Source: a virus
IMG/VR virus record: IMGVR_UViG_3300017971_000264
Span: 14,056-78,055 of that record
Strand: one strand, 5' to 3'
Length of the DNA stretch: 64,000 nt
Below are positions 1-8,095 of this stretch, in pieces; position 1 is the stretch's first letter, and each line of letters opens with the position of its first letter. The notes beneath the pieces were generated by a model. That model was not told the DNA's origin. It did no database searches and saw nothing but the letters and a program-made list of their open reading frames with translations. The position numbers and the translations under genes are program-made.

Positions 1-834
1 TACAACTGCCGGTCGACGACGGTTCCGAGGACGACGGTGATTTCCGTTCCAAGAGGAATGGTGGCGAGGGCAGCTCCGGTCATGCCAAGGCCGAGACCCA
101 CAGCACCGTACCGGCCCACTACCAGGCAAGGATTCGCCCCGTCTACCACCTCACGAGCTACCAGGCGGGATTTCCAGCGGCCACCAACATACGTACCCCG
201 AACACAGGTTACGAGGGGCAGAACCACGATAGCGGGACAGAACGACCCGGTGCTGATGGCAGCCCGCCTCGGGTACCCAGCAGAGATGGTCGGAGTCGAG
301 CCAACGATTGCCTACCGACGCGCCATCAAGACAGGTGGCTCAGAGGCAGCAGCGGCGAAATGGAAGCTCGACCCGAAGAAACTCGATGAGTTCGAAAAGA
401 AGGCAAGGTGGCAACTTTACAAGGGAAAACGACCTTCTCCAAACGTTGGTGGTAACGTTCCCGTAAACGTTGGGCCTAACGTTGGTGGTAACGTTGACCC
501 CAACGTTGCCGGAGACCTTTCCCAAACGTTGCAGAGACTACGATTGGGTGGTAAAGATTTAGCTGTGACCATGCGTATCAGCAAGGTCACCCCTGAGAGG
601 TTGAAGTCAGTAGTCCTTCATGAGGCGGAGTTTGGAGCGAGTAGGCTCTACTGGATAAGAGGACTAGACGAAGCATCGTCGTTGCGTATGAAATTCGACT
701 GGGCGAAGGTGAAGATGAGTGCGAATGCTCTCACAGCCCTTCGGAAGGCGAAAACGCAGGATGCGATACGCAAGGCGCTCAAAGACGTAGAAAAGGCAGG
801 ATTCTTTAAGAGGAAAAGAATATCGCCAAAATAA
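1..834 (+). CDS. 3' part of MuF/SPP1 gp7-like minor head protein with long basic C-terminal extension (5' partial)
   Basis: Frame 1 is open from base 1 and reads YNCRSTTVP, matching the NCRS motif that ends Phage_Mu_F domains; lies upstream of protease and capsid. Confidence 0.65.
   Translation, partial: YNCRSTTVPRTTVISVPRGMVARAAPVMPRPRPTAPYRPTTRQGFAPSTTSRATRRDFQRPPTYVPRTQVTRGRTTIAGQNDPVLMAARLGYPAEMVGVEPTIAYRRAIKTGGSEAAAAKWKLDPKKLDEFEKKARWQLYKGKRPSPNVGGNVPVNVGPNVGGNVDPNVAGDLSQTLQRLRLGGKDLAVTMRISKVTPERLKSVVLHEAEFGASRLYWIRGLDEASSLRMKFDWAKVKMSANALTALRKAKTQDAIRKALKDVEKAGFFKRKRISPK
442..530. repeat. 12-bp-period AACGTT tandem array (iteron-like)
   Basis: AACGTT at 442, 454, 466, 478, 490, 502; GACCTT at 514; AACGTT at 525. 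Confidence 0.9.
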
Positions 835-842
835 AGAGTTGT

Positions 843-872
843 TTGACAGCTCAAGCAGGGTTGAGGTAACGT
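843..872 (+). promoter_or_regulatory. Sigma70-type promoter for head genes
   Basis: TTGACA (843-848), 18 bp, TAACGT (867-872); CTCAA/TTGAG inverted repeat in the spacer. Confidence 0.55.
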
Positions 873-878
873 TAAGCC

Positions 879-1250
879 ATGACACACATTTTTGTGCCAC
901 ATCAGTTCAGAGCGGGCCGTGGAGAATTCTACAGGCTTGCCAATGACCTCGCGACAGACGAAGAACAGGCAGCGGCGGTTCTGAATGGGTTCATCAGAAA
1001 TCTGAAGATCTCGTTCATAGAAGATGCACGCAGAGAAGGAAAGAACCTAGAACAGATCAAGGGCAAGATTACAGAAGCAGAGAAGAGGCGCCGGGTCGAA
1101 ATCATCGCTATGTGGTTCCGCCGCTTGCGAGGAGACTACGGCTTCAGCGCCATCCGAAGCGTCGAGCTTTCTGGTAAAGCTCTGCGTGCAGAACTGGATG
1201 GAGAAACATTTACACCGCCCGTAGAGCGAAAGCTCTGGGCGCCGCATTAA
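879..1250 (+). CDS. Hypothetical protein
   Basis: 123-aa ORF filling the gap in a co-oriented gene run. Confidence 0.75.
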   Translation: MTHIFVPHQFRAGRGEFYRLANDLATDEEQAAAVLNGFIRNLKISFIEDARREGKNLEQIKGKITEAEKRRRVEIIAMWFRRLRGDYGFSAIRSVELSGKALRAELDGETFTPPVERKLWAPH

Positions 1251-1260
1251 GGAGACCATC

Positions 1261-2034
1261 ATGAACGAGCAACTGCTCAAAGTCGTGAAGCGTCAGTCTG
1301 AGCTTCTGGCCAAGATGGAGAGTGGAAAGCTTTCCAAGGCCGAGAAGAAAGAGCTGACCGCACTGCGCAAAGCAATCGATGCGTCGACGGGAGCGGGCGA
1401 GGACAGCGGCCCCACCACACGTATCACCACCATGAAACTGTCCGAGTTCCGTGAGCATACCGAGAAGGAGATCGCGGCCCTCGCCCAAAACCCCGATGAG
1501 ACTCGTGCCAAGATTTTGGCCAAGAACGTCGAATCGGTCAAAGCGTCTGGCAAGACCAACCCCGACGATGAGGTTGGTGTAGAGGTTCTGGTAGAGCAGT
1601 CGGCAGACGACCGCCTTGCCAACCTCGAACAGCTCGTGCGGGACCAGGCCAAGCGCATCGCCGAACTGGAGAAGGGTGAGGATGACTCAGACGACTCCGA
1701 CTCCGACGATGACGACGACTCCGACGAAGAGGACGAAGAGGACGGCGACGACGATTCCGATGATTCCGAAGAGGATGAAGGGGACGACGCCGAAAAGAAA
1801 AAGAAGGCGAAGAAGTCCAAGAAGTCCAAGAAGAAGAAGACCAAGAAGTCCGATTCCGACGACGATGACGACGATGACGAGGAAGACGAGAAGACCTGGG
1901 AAGGTTGGGGTGGTGACATGTCCCCACGTTCCAAGGGAGCCGTTGCCGACTTCCAGATGGCGAAAGCCAACTGCGAAGACAGGGACCTCGAAAAAGGCGT
2001 GAAAGCGTCCGTAACGCCCGGCGGCAAGGAGTAG
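1261..2034 (+). CDS. Coiled-coil acidic/Lys-rich protein, possible scaffold or internal head protein
   Basis: SD AAGGAG; coiled-coil N-terminus, D/E and K tracts; precedes the protease. Confidence 0.75.
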   Translation: MNEQLLKVVKRQSELLAKMESGKLSKAEKKELTALRKAIDASTGAGEDSGPTTRITTMKLSEFREHTEKEIAALAQNPDETRAKILAKNVESVKASGKTNPDDEVGVEVLVEQSADDRLANLEQLVRDQAKRIAELEKGEDDSDDSDSDDDDDSDEEDEEDGDDDSDDSEEDEGDDAEKKKKAKKSKKSKKKKTKKSDSDDDDDDDEEDEKTWEGWGGDMSPRSKGAVADFQMAKANCEDRDLEKGVKASVTPGGKE

Positions 2035-2038
2035 TCCC

Positions 2039-3037
2039 ATGAAAGGGATCGGCATCTTTAAAGGCAAAGTCGGGTCCGAGGATGTAGCATTCTTCGGATG
2101 CGATGATGCCACCTTGCTTGCAGAGATCCACACCGAGGCCAAGGCCATGGTGGGCATGGAGCTGCACAAGGAAGATCCGCCGGTCGGGACTACGGCTCGC
2201 CGTGTCGGCGAGATATTGGTCCACTCTGTCGATGACGATGAGACCTACCAGGTCCAGTCGGAGAAACCTGAGACAGGGAGACGACCAACTGGTTCGCCCG
2301 GAGGATGGGCGGTTCAGTCGCTGGTGTTCTCTAAGGACAAGTTCACGAAGGAACAGGCGAAAGCCTGGATCAAGGAACACAAGCAATTCGTCGATGCGGG
2401 AGTCGATGAGACCGACACGTCGTACAGGTTCCGCCAGTACGACCCCGGCTACTTCGGCAAATACCGCACGTTCGACTTGGCGGACGGCATCAAGGCCATT
2501 TATGGCCAGATTGCCAAAGAGAAGCGTGAAGACGCTGACGCTGAGAAGGACATCGCTGCTTCAATCGCCGATCACGACGCTGTGAAGGCATTGAACGAGC
2601 GCATTCTGAACAAGGGGCTGACGCTCTTTGAAGAAACCATCGAGAAGGCAGAAGAGAGTGAAGAGAGGTATATCCTCGGACTCGTTCTCGAACCCAACGA
2701 TGGAGAGGAAGGCGCTGACTACAAACCGGACACCCAGGGCGACATCTACTCCGCGAAGGCTGTGCGCGACTCTGCTCACGGCTTTATGGAGAAGTACGGC
2801 CAGATTGACCTCATGCATTCGTGGGATGCTCTGAGTGAGGGCGACGTGGCCATCCTGGAGTCCTACCTAGCCCCAGTCGAGTTCACCATCGGCAAAGGCA
2901 AGGATGCGTACAAGGTCAAAAAGGGAACGTGGCTCATGGCGCTGAGGGTAAAGAACGACGAGATCTGGAAGGCCATCAAGGACGGAAAGATCGGAGCGTT
3001 CTCCATCGGTGGCAAAGCACGCCGAACGGAGGTGTAA
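2039..3037 (+). CDS. XkdF-like (PBSX-type) prohead serine protease
   Basis: PDTQGDIYS...MHSW...ESYLAP...KKGTWLM...DEIWKAIKDGKIGAFSIGG signature. Confidence 0.88.
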   Translation: MKGIGIFKGKVGSEDVAFFGCDDATLLAEIHTEAKAMVGMELHKEDPPVGTTARRVGEILVHSVDDDETYQVQSEKPETGRRPTGSPGGWAVQSLVFSKDKFTKEQAKAWIKEHKQFVDAGVDETDTSYRFRQYDPGYFGKYRTFDLADGIKAIYGQIAKEKREDADAEKDIAASIADHDAVKALNERILNKGLTLFEETIEKAEESEERYILGLVLEPNDGEEGADYKPDTQGDIYSAKAVRDSAHGFMEKYGQIDLMHSWDALSEGDVAILESYLAPVEFTIGKGKDAYKVKKGTWLMALRVKNDEIWKAIKDGKIGAFSIGGKARRTEV

Positions 3038-3038
3038 C

Positions 3039-4358
3039 GTGACAACTGCGAAGAAGAAAGATCCCGCCGTTGCCCGCCTCGAAGAGATCGACACCATGTT
3101 CGTATCCCTGGTGGACCGCGGCGCAAACAGGCAGAACAAGTTCTTCGTCGTCAAGGCCGACGGCAAAAAGCCGGAGCCGGTAGGCAAAGGCGTGGCGATG
3201 GAGCTTGGCAAAGAGGCGATGGAGACGCTCATGGAGCGGTTCCAGACCCTCAAGGATAAGATGGACAGCGGCTCGCTTTCCCAGGACGACATCAAGGATG
3301 CGTTCCACGGTCAGTGGCAGCTCGAAGAGCTTATCCGCCAGGCAGTGGCAGTGACAGCAAAGAGCGATACGCTTGCACTTTCCATCGAGAGTGTGTTGCC
3401 GGCGCTGAAAGAACTTGCGAAGCAGGAAGACAACTCGGCTGACAAAGCCACTTGCCCGTACTGCAACGCTCAAGTCGAGCCGGGTGCGTCGATGTGTCCG
3501 AAATGTGGCAAGCCCCTCAAGGCAGGCCAAGGCTCGGATGAACAGAAGGCCGCCCAGAAGGACAGAGCAGAGAAGTACGGAATAGAGATCCTCGCAGAAG
3601 AGAAGAGTCACGTTGTGGCTCCTGCGAAGTCTCCCACGACCGAAGAGCTGTACGGAGATCCCGTCAACTTCCAGTTCCCCCTGGGGTGCGAGAAGGATGA
3701 GACCTCCAAGGAAGTCGTCGGTACATCGTTGCTCCGCTTCAAGCGGAATTATCGCGAGTACGAAGAGAAGAGTCGTACCGTGGTGGCAGCGCGTATCGTG
3801 CGTGCGGCACTGTCCGCCTCGGTGGTGATGGAGCTTCCGGAATCAGTTGCGAAGCTGCTCCCGGAGGATCTGCTGGAAGAGTACAAGAAATCCCAAGCCG
3901 ACGGTTCATCCAACGGTTCGGACGACAACAGGGACGCCAAAGGGAAAGACGATACCGACATGTCTTCCTGGCTCGATGAAGCTGGCGGCAAAGTTCAAAG
4001 TGTGCTGATGGACGTGAAAGTCCGCTCGGCCCTTGACGCCCACTTGGAGTCCGACGGTGTTGAACTCTCAGCAACGGGTAAGAGAAACGTGCGTGTCGGA
4101 GTTGGAGGAGGCGCACCCTCCGGTGACAATGGGGATGTCCAAGAGCTTCGTGAGAAGAACGCGAAGCTTGAGGCTCAGCTCAAGAAGGCTCGCAAGGAAT
4201 TGCGTGTCGCCAAGGCAAAGCTCATCAAGTCGAACGCGACTATCGGTAGCTCCACTGCTCTGTTGACCGGAGAAGAGGAAGCCGAACTCGCGGTAGGCAA
4301 GGGCAACAGCCTGAGCTGGGCAGGAGACTTAGCCCAAGACGTAGAAGAGGACGAGTAG
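3039..4358 (+). CDS. Scaffold-like protein carrying protease C-terminal motif, zinc ribbon and coiled coil
   Basis: GTG start after GGAGGT; FVSLVDRGAN motif; CPYC/CPKC; C-terminal coiled coil; directly before the capsid gene. Confidence 0.75.
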   Translation: MTTAKKKDPAVARLEEIDTMFVSLVDRGANRQNKFFVVKADGKKPEPVGKGVAMELGKEAMETLMERFQTLKDKMDSGSLSQDDIKDAFHGQWQLEELIRQAVAVTAKSDTLALSIESVLPALKELAKQEDNSADKATCPYCNAQVEPGASMCPKCGKPLKAGQGSDEQKAAQKDRAEKYGIEILAEEKSHVVAPAKSPTTEELYGDPVNFQFPLGCEKDETSKEVVGTSLLRFKRNYREYEEKSRTVVAARIVRAALSASVVMELPESVAKLLPEDLLEEYKKSQADGSSNGSDDNRDAKGKDDTDMSSWLDEAGGKVQSVLMDVKVRSALDAHLESDGVELSATGKRNVRVGVGGGAPSGDNGDVQELREKNAKLEAQLKKARKELRVAKAKLIKSNATIGSSTALLTGEEEAELAVGKGNSLSWAGDLAQDVEEDE

Positions 4359-4403
4359 GAAAGGTAGAAAGGTAAACGTCAAACACCGATTACGGAGGAA
4401 ACA

Positions 4404-5345
4404 ATGGCCAAGTCCAATAAAAGCATCATGAACAAGGCGGACATGATCGTCGACGATCTCAAGAACGACGGCGGTTATCTCCAATCCGAGCAGGCGAAGA
4501 AGTTCATCAAAGACCTCATCAAAGAGGCCACCATTCTGCGCCTGGCAACAGTGTACGGAATGAAGTCGCACACCAGGCTGATCGACAAGATCGGCATCAA
4601 CGGTCGCGTGCTTCGTCCCGGTCACAGTGGACGCGCTCTGGGCGTGAACGACCGCACCAAGCCGACCACCAGCCAGACCACGCTCACCACGGTACTGTGC
4701 CGTGCTGAGATGCGTCTGAACGACGAAGTCCTCGAAGACAACATCGAGGGCGGGTCCTTCAAGAACACCGTCATGTCCATGTTCGCGGAGCATATCTCCC
4801 TGGACATCGACGACATGATGTTGAACGGCGACACCACGTCCTCGGACGACCTGTTGGCGCTGTTCGACGGCGCTCGGAAGCTGGCCGTCACCAACACGGT
4901 AAACGTGGGTGACCAGCCCATCGACAAGACCGTTCTCAAGAAGACGGTCAAGGCGATGCCGAGCCAGTACAACCGCAACCGCGCCAAGCAGCGCTTCCTC
5001 ACTTCCGAGGATGGGGAGCTGGAGTACCGCGACTACCTCGCTGACCGCGCCACCGTGCTGGGAGACAAGTTCCTCCAGGACGAGGCTCCCGTGCGGTACG
5101 CGAGCCGTGCGTTGGTTCCCGTGCCGGTCATGCCGGACAACACCGGAACCAGCAGCAAGTCCACGGACATCTTGCTGACCGACCCGAAGAATATGATCGC
5201 CGGGTTCTGGCGCAAGGTGAAGGTCGAGACCGACCGCGACATCACCGCCGGCGAGTGGATCATGGTGGCGAGCGTGCGTCTCGGCTTCCAGTGGATGGAA
5301 GAGCGGGCAGTCGTCAAAGCCTACGACGTAAGGACGCAGGAGTAG
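4404..5345 (+). CDS. Major capsid protein (HK97 fold, XkdG-like)
   Basis: GGYLQSEQAKKFI, LEDNIEG and NGDT motifs; size and position fit. Confidence 0.92.
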   Translation: MAKSNKSIMNKADMIVDDLKNDGGYLQSEQAKKFIKDLIKEATILRLATVYGMKSHTRLIDKIGINGRVLRPGHSGRALGVNDRTKPTTSQTTLTTVLCRAEMRLNDEVLEDNIEGGSFKNTVMSMFAEHISLDIDDMMLNGDTTSSDDLLALFDGARKLAVTNTVNVGDQPIDKTVLKKTVKAMPSQYNRNRAKQRFLTSEDGELEYRDYLADRATVLGDKFLQDEAPVRYASRALVPVPVMPDNTGTSSKSTDILLTDPKNMIAGFWRKVKVETDRDITAGEWIMVASVRLGFQWMEERAVVKAYDVRTQE

Positions 5346-5359
5346 GCGACTGAGGTGAA

Positions 5360-5391
5360 GGCTGGGGCCTCTCCGGAGGTCCCGGTTCTTT
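5360..5391 (+). terminator. Stem-loop or weak intrinsic terminator after the capsid gene
   Basis: GGCTGGGGCCTC-TCCG-GAGGTCCCGGTT followed by CTTT. Confidence 0.6.
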
Positions 5392-5420
5392 CCCGTTAAC
5401 CTTCAACACGGAGAAGTACG

Positions 5421-5663
5421 ATGGCAGAGATTAAAACCAACTTCGGCTTCGGCGGTGCCAATGTGGTACCGAGCGGCGCCCAGGGGAAACCCACCCTCGC
5501 ACAAGCGTTGCGTGACATCGCCGACGACCTGGCCAACCTCCAGGTAGCGGAGATCACCAGCCCCGATGCGACGGACCTCGCCACAGCTCTTACCCTGGTC
5601 AACGAGATCAAGGGAGCGCTGAATACGGTGGCAGGAGAGACCCTGCTCACCACGAAGGGATAG
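5421..5663 (+). CDS. Small virion (head decoration-like) protein
   Basis: 80 aa with SD; DATDLATALTLVNEIK fibre-like helix. Confidence 0.75.
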   Translation: MAEIKTNFGFGGANVVPSGAQGKPTLAQALRDIADDLANLQVAEITSPDATDLATALTLVNEIKGALNTVAGETLLTTKG

Positions 5664-5731
5664 TCTTCGACTGTCCAGGACTTTGGAACTGAAAATTTGA
5701 ATCTCGGCCAAGCCGAGAGGAGGAATGTAAG

Positions 5732-6043
5732 ATGTCACTCGGAACTGTAACTGTCGGAGATAAGGCGGGCCAGAAACGCGCTCCGCAATTCGTTGATCAC
5801 CTCCAGTTCGCCGGAGACGGTGCCTACCCGTCCGGTGGAACCGCGGACTTCCAGGAGTACGTGCAGGCGGCATTCGGCGACAAGCGCGAAGTGATCGGTG
5901 TCCTCGGTCAGGACTGCGGCGATTTCGTCCCTGTCTATGACAAGGCCAACGACAAGCTGAAAGTGTACAAGCGCTCGGACGGCGCGGAGGCCAGCGGAAA
6001 CCTGTCCACCACGACGTTCAACATCTTGGTGTTCAGCTACTAG
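5732..6043 (+). CDS. Small virion protein
   Basis: Strong SD GGAGG; YPSGG...YDKANDKLKVY pattern typical of post-capsid genes. Confidence 0.75.
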   Translation: MSLGTVTVGDKAGQKRAPQFVDHLQFAGDGAYPSGGTADFQEYVQAAFGDKREVIGVLGQDCGDFVPVYDKANDKLKVYKRSDGAEASGNLSTTTFNILVFSY

Positions 6044-6144
6044 GCCGCTGCGATAAGCAGGCAATCGCGGGTGAATGGCGGCCTGAGACCCGTTGAGACC
6101 TCTGGCCGCCACTCCCCCCTTTGACGTTTTTGAAAGGAAATCCC

Positions 6145-6909
6145 ATGTTCTATGCCGTACGACTCAAGGAGTACGACCCCCGGAAAGGCGCGGTCAAGCT
6201 CACGTACATTTCAGCAGCGCTCGGTGCGAAGTACGTCGCCGGCGAGGGAGACCAGCCGTCCAACTTCTCGATCATCGAGGAGCGCAAGGACAAGAAGCAT
6301 CTCCTGGAAATCGCGGAGCTGAAGAAAATCGAGCAATTCGACGTATTCGAATGTGAGACCCTCGAAGAGGTTCACAAGCTCATCAAGGCCGAGGTAAATG
6401 CCAGACTCCTGGAAGGGCGTCCTGGCATCGCGGCCAAGGTTGCCGGAGAGCCTACTCAAATCAAGGAGAAGACTCCCAAGCGTGACCCGAAAGAGATGGC
6501 CAAAATCTTCAAGCCGATTTCGGCAGCGGAAGCTGCGAAGAAGCTCGAAGAAGAGAACGAGAAGAAGGCCAACGTTCCACCCGAGAATCCGGAAGATCCC
6601 GATGGTGACGATGATGACGACGCCTTCGGCGACGAAGGTGGAGATCTCAGCGAAGACCTCGGAGCCAGCACAGGTGGACGCAAGCCGTCGACTGACCCGG
6701 AAGACCCGGAAGGCTCAGAAGACGGTGGCGAGGAAGCCTTGGCTCTTCGAGATGACGACGTATTCCCGGAATACGACGACATCACCGCGACCCAGATGAA
6801 AGAGTTCGCGGACAAGTACGAGATCGAGTACCCGTCGAGGGTATCGAAACACGACCTCTACGAGCTGCTCAAAGGAGCATTCGGAGTGGCCGAAGAAGAC
6901 GAAGAGTAG
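6145..6909 (+). CDS. Acidic protein with C-terminal Rho-N/HeH-like motif
   Basis: ATG after AAGGA; C-terminal TATQMKEFADKYEIEYPSRVSKHDLYELL. Confidence 0.7.
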   Translation: MFYAVRLKEYDPRKGAVKLTYISAALGAKYVAGEGDQPSNFSIIEERKDKKHLLEIAELKKIEQFDVFECETLEEVHKLIKAEVNARLLEGRPGIAAKVAGEPTQIKEKTPKRDPKEMAKIFKPISAAEAAKKLEEENEKKANVPPENPEDPDGDDDDDAFGDEGGDLSEDLGASTGGRKPSTDPEDPEGSEDGGEEALALRDDDVFPEYDDITATQMKEFADKYEIEYPSRVSKHDLYELLKGAFGVAEEDEE

Positions 6910-6961
6910 GAACAAACCTACTTGAACCACGACAAAGCCGCTTGAGGGCAAGGAGAAAGAC

Positions 6962-7243
6962 ATGAATGAGAACAGGAACGCCGAGAGACAACGGTCGAGC
7001 AACGGCGGAAGACCTTCAACGCACAGGGAGGTCAAGGACCTGGCGTTTGCTGGGTATGTGCATCTCAAGGGCGTGACGCTCTTGAAGGCATCGAAGAAGG
7101 GGGGAGACTTCACGTTCCTCTTCGACGATGTGGACGGTGTTATCGAGGGACTGAAGATTGAGTACACCAACTCGGCGGAAGCGCGGTTTGACGCTGCAAT
7201 CCGTCGGCTGAAACGGCTGTGCCACCGGAGTCTCAGTGACTAG
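6962..7243 (+). CDS. DUF5659-like small protein
   Basis: KDLAFAGYVHLKG...FTFLFDD pattern; SD AAGGAG. Confidence 0.6.
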   Translation: MNENRNAERQRSSNGGRPSTHREVKDLAFAGYVHLKGVTLLKASKKGGDFTFLFDDVDGVIEGLKIEYTNSAEARFDAAIRRLKRLCHRSLSD

Positions 7244-7268
7244 GCGAAAAGGCACAGGGGTATAGGGG

Positions 7269-7706
7269 ATGGGATTTCCACGCAACCCGCTGACCATCGT
7301 GAGGGCAGATGCTCTCTATTCGCGAAAGCGAGTTCAGGTAGAGTGTCTGTCCTCCGATGAAGTCGGAGACCCGATGGCTGCGAGGGACAACCCTGTGGAT
7401 GGAGTGTGGAAAGTTCACCGATCCGACCCATTCGACGTGACCCGAATGCCAGCCTTTGGTATTCTTGTTGAGAAGACGTCGACAACGACAGGTTGGATGC
7501 AACTATTCGGTCCCATTGAAGGGATATACAGCGGATTGGAGCTTGGAAGAGTGTATTTTGTTTGGAGACCAGGGAATCCACCGACACAAGTTCCGCCCAC
7601 CGCTGGGCCTTCTGGGTATGCGATGGTTCAAGGAATAGGAGTAGCAGTCGCCGAGGACATCTTGTTGTTGACCGGTGACTTGCAGATGACAATGAGACAC
7701 TCGTAA
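7269..7706 (+). CDS. Virion protein, capsid-attachment/fibre-base-like domain
   Basis: AFGI...GPIEGIYSGL..GRVYFV...QGIGVAV resembles the C-terminus of 8096..9496. Confidence 0.65.
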   Translation: MGFPRNPLTIVRADALYSRKRVQVECLSSDEVGDPMAARDNPVDGVWKVHRSDPFDVTRMPAFGILVEKTSTTTGWMQLFGPIEGIYSGLELGRVYFVWRPGNPPTQVPPTAGPSGYAMVQGIGVAVAEDILLLTGDLQMTMRHS

Positions 7707-7715
7707 GGAGAAGAC

Positions 7716-8066
7716 ATGACTGAGGAAAAGACAGAACTGAGGATGACCGAGGTAGAGATGGCACGCATGGAGCTACATGAGGCTCGTGCGAATGGACAGC
7801 TTGCTATTGTTGAGAAGCTTCAACTGGCAGAGAAGTTGCTCGGCATCGACTACCGTGAAAAGGTCGCCGCCAACCGAGCAAAGCAGGCAGATGCGCAACG
7901 GTCCATGACAGAGGCCCAGGAGGAGGGTCGGGCTGTAATCGCGGGACTCGAAAAGAGGCTCGGTATCAAATTTGACGACTACGTTCTCCAGGATTCTGGA
8001 GAGCTTAAACACAGAGAAGAAATCACCGGTCCTCCAGAAGAGGACGAAACGGACAAAACGACATAA
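7716..8066 (+). CDS. Hypothetical coiled-coil protein
   Basis: SD AAGGAG; 116 aa, helical. Confidence 0.75.
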   Translation: MTEEKTELRMTEVEMARMELHEARANGQLAIVEKLQLAEKLLGIDYREKVAANRAKQADAQRSMTEAQEEGRAVIAGLEKRLGIKFDDYVLQDSGELKHREEITGPPEEDETDKTT

Positions 8067-8095
8067 TCCGGACGCCCGGATAGAAGGAGGACATC

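Noticed and set aside
442-530. Possible CRISPR mini-array (also 52076-52240)
   Set aside because: The 12-bp period leaves no room for spacers, and the arrays lie within coding frames
1680-1890. GAC/GAT/AAG low-complexity repeats
   Set aside because: Explained by Asp/Glu/Lys tracts of the protein
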